DNA of 64,000 nt, taken from contig OZ024760.1 in NCBI GenBank assembly GCA_964016885.1, forward strand, positions 33,852,001-33,916,000, given 5' to 3'. A program made the translations under genes and the position numbers. The DNA is from Eledone cirrhosa. Lineage: Eukaryota. Shown one piece after another: positions 61,208 to 64,000 of the stretch (within the stretch, counting starts at the first letter, position 1; each line of letters opens with the position of its first letter). The notes below the pieces were generated by a model. It was not told the origin of the DNA. It saw nothing but the letters and a program-made list of their open reading frames with translations, and did not search any database.

Positions 61208-63450
61208 TGTACAGCCACCGGAAATAACATCTGTGAAATATACAGCGCCATCTATCTGTTAGCTAGCTACCGCAACGTGAAACAAAAGAACCCTTAAAGC
61301 TACCAGAATAAACGCCTACACACCGGCTAAACATCAAACGATTGTTTCTGTATAATAGTGGTTCCAAACACTTCGCCAGTCGACTTTTGGCAGAGTCAGC
61401 TAGCGCATCGTTGTTCCTCGCCGCTGCCACGCCTTGTACCTCGTATCGTCGCTTCATGTGAAAATAAATAGCTGATCGAATTTACATCTCGCCTTGCTTC
61501 GTCCTTTCAACTTGTGCTTTCGTCTGTCCATCCTCAACAGTTCTTTTAAGGGCTATATGCGACAACAGTCCTTTTAAGGGCTATCTTCAGATCTGATCAG
61601 ACCGTATGCGATAAGAGTCCTTCTAAGGGCTATTCTCGGATCTGATCAGAAGTAGTGACTAGACGGACTAACCACGTCGCTACAATTGGTGACCCGAACG
61701 TGAGTCGAACGCGCAACCAGACAGCACCTAAGAAAATATCAACATGGACATGTCACAAACGACAGAGGCCGAGATTTCAGAGCTGCGGGCTGGTCAAATT
61801 AAAGCCCTCTTGAATGAAGTAGAGAACTTGACCTTTCAAACACACCGGCAACGCAGCAACAGTCGATCCAGGCCTTTTCACAGTCGAAGATCCAGTAGTC
61901 CCAGTCAAAATCGTGTGCCTGGCAACCTCTTCTGGTATCACACAAATTTCGGCGCACAGGCATCTAAGTGCAAAGCCTCGTGCTCTTTCCGGAATGCCAC
62001 CCAGGGCCTGGCGACGACGTTCACCCCTGGTACTGAAAAGAAAAGTCGTTTATTTTTTATTAACGACCAGGCGACAGGCATCCGTTACCTCGTGGATACA
62101 GGAGCCCAGGTTAGTGTTATTCCGGTTTCACTAATCTCGGGAAAAAGTCACCCAACCCCGTCCTTTCTGCAGGCAGTGAACCAATCGTCAATTCCGACTT
62201 TCGGGGAGAAGTCTCTGACCCTCAATTTAGGCCTGAGGCGGCGTTTTCAATGGGTGTTCGTCGTGGCAGACCTGCCGACCCCTATCCTAGGAGCCTATTT
62301 TCTCCACCACTTCAACCTTCTGGTGGATATGAAGAACCGGAGGCTTATTGACACCACCACAAACCTCACTGTGAGAGGTATATTTACCACGCAATCCACA
62401 GTGAGCCCTGTAATTTGCCAGTCAGAGCCTTTGCGGTACAACGGCATTCTCCAAAAATACCCAGACATCACTCGCCCGGTATTTAAGGATGGTCCTATTA
62501 AGCATAGTGTCACGCACCACATCGAGACAAAGGGACCACCCACAGCTGCCCGACCAAGGAGACTGCCTCCAGACCGATTGAGAATCGCCAAGCATTATTT
62601 CCAACTGGTCTGCACCCCTACACCTTATTCCCCAAAAAAAACGAGAATGATTGGCGACCATGTGGGGATTATCGTGCACTTAACAATTCTACAGTGTCCG
62701 ATAATTACCCTGTACCTCACCTGCACGATTTTTCTGCCTCTCTGCAAGGCGCACGCATCTTTTCCAATGTAGATTTGGTGCGTGCATATAACCAGATACC
62801 TATGGAGCCTGCAGACATTCCGAAGACCGCAATCACAACACCGTTCGGTTTATTCGAATTCCTGCGAATGCCGTTCGGTCTGTGCAACGCTGCACAAACT
62901 TTTCAGCGGTTTATTGACACCGTGTTACGCGATCTACCCTTCGTATACGCGTATACTGACGACGTGCTGGTAGCACGTACTTCCGAGAATGAACACGAGA
63001 AGCACTTAGATCTCCTTTTCCGACGTTTGGCTCAGTACGGTATCATCATCAACCCCAGCAAGTGCCTTCTCGGCGTTCCTTCACTGTCCTTTCTCGGGCA
63101 CATCATCGATAAAGACGGCATTCGTCCACTTCCCGAGAAAGTAGAAGCTATCCGCAGTTTTCCCGCACCTACATCACTTCGGAAACTGCGTGAATTCCTC
63201 GGTCTGGTGAATTTTTATAGGCGGTTTATCCCTCATTGTTCCGACGCAGCCAGACTCCTCACGGACCTTCTTCGTAACCGGACTCGCAAAAACGAAGAGA
63301 TCACTCTAAACGAGGAAGAATTAACATCTTTTAACCACCTGAAGGAAATGTTGGCAAACGCTTCCATGCTCGTTTTCCCCAGGTCTGGCCCTCCTCTTTC
63401 GCTGCTAGTGGACGCATCAGACACGGGGGTTGGAGGCGTTCCACAACAAC
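61208..63450 (+). mobile_element. truncated Gypsy element (5' LTR, deleted gag, PR, RT, start of RNase H)
   Basis: The LTR ends ctaca at 61684 (start uncertain) and the PBS tggtgacccgaacgtga is at 61687. LVDTGA, YTDD and VDASD motifs follow, and the element ends at a microsatellite. Confidence 0.9.
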
Positions 63451-63875
63451 ATATATATACACACACATACACTGATATATATGAAGACAAATACAGCCAT
63501 AACGGGGACTTACAGTTAAAGTATATATAGTAGCGAGTGAGCCAGTAATATTTCAAGGAGAGAACTAGGTTGGGCAAGAAGTTCCTCTCATTGAAGTGTC
63601 TAAAAATTTGATGGCAATAGTAAATTCCTTTTATCAGACTGCCATAAACGAAAGGATAAATTAGGGAACTATTAAGTAAATAAATTGGTGACATAAGATA
63701 CTATCAATTGGAGATAGGGCAGGAGCAAAAGTAAGACTCAGTAACTTACTAATGAAGAAACTAGTCGAAACATTTTAGACTAAATATTGTATTTAATTAA
63801 TTAAAATTTGCTTCTCTGCTTCATTTATGTTATGTGGGAGCAGCTTTTATAATATATAAATATATAAATATATAT

Positions 63876-64000
63876 ATTGTTATACTTGGGGAGGGTCATA
63901 TTTGTGTAATGTTGCCAGAATTAATAACAGAACACACTCACTGTTTGGTTGGTTTTCGCTTTTCGCTTCTGTGTCTTTTATATCGGTAATCTAATTTATT
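63876..64000 (-). mobile_element. family-A PLE pLTR 3' end (runs off window)
   Basis: Reverse complement of the 6010-6105 terminus. Confidence 0.85.

Overview
Eukaryotic, very AT- and microsatellite-rich DNA. The SINE types and repeat landscape suggest a cephalopod (octopod-like) genome, which is an inference. The first ~42 kb is a nested graveyard of Penelope-like retroelements (PLEs) of at least three lineages, almost all inserted into (TA)n tracts. It also holds an internally deleted Helitron, a Buster/Charlie-type hAT transposon and many fold-back inverted repeats. The PLE pseudo-LTRs carry about 20 type I hammerhead ribozyme (HHR) motifs from roughly ten families, several with recurrent non-canonical cores. 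The only plausible host gene is a secreted His/Gly-rich protein (46081-46677), preceded by a tandem array of splice donors. The right end holds a young Gypsy provirus, a non-coding LTR element that has different LTRs but shares a near-identical internal core with it, and a third truncated Gypsy. All structures were read by eye; no database searches or folding programs were run.
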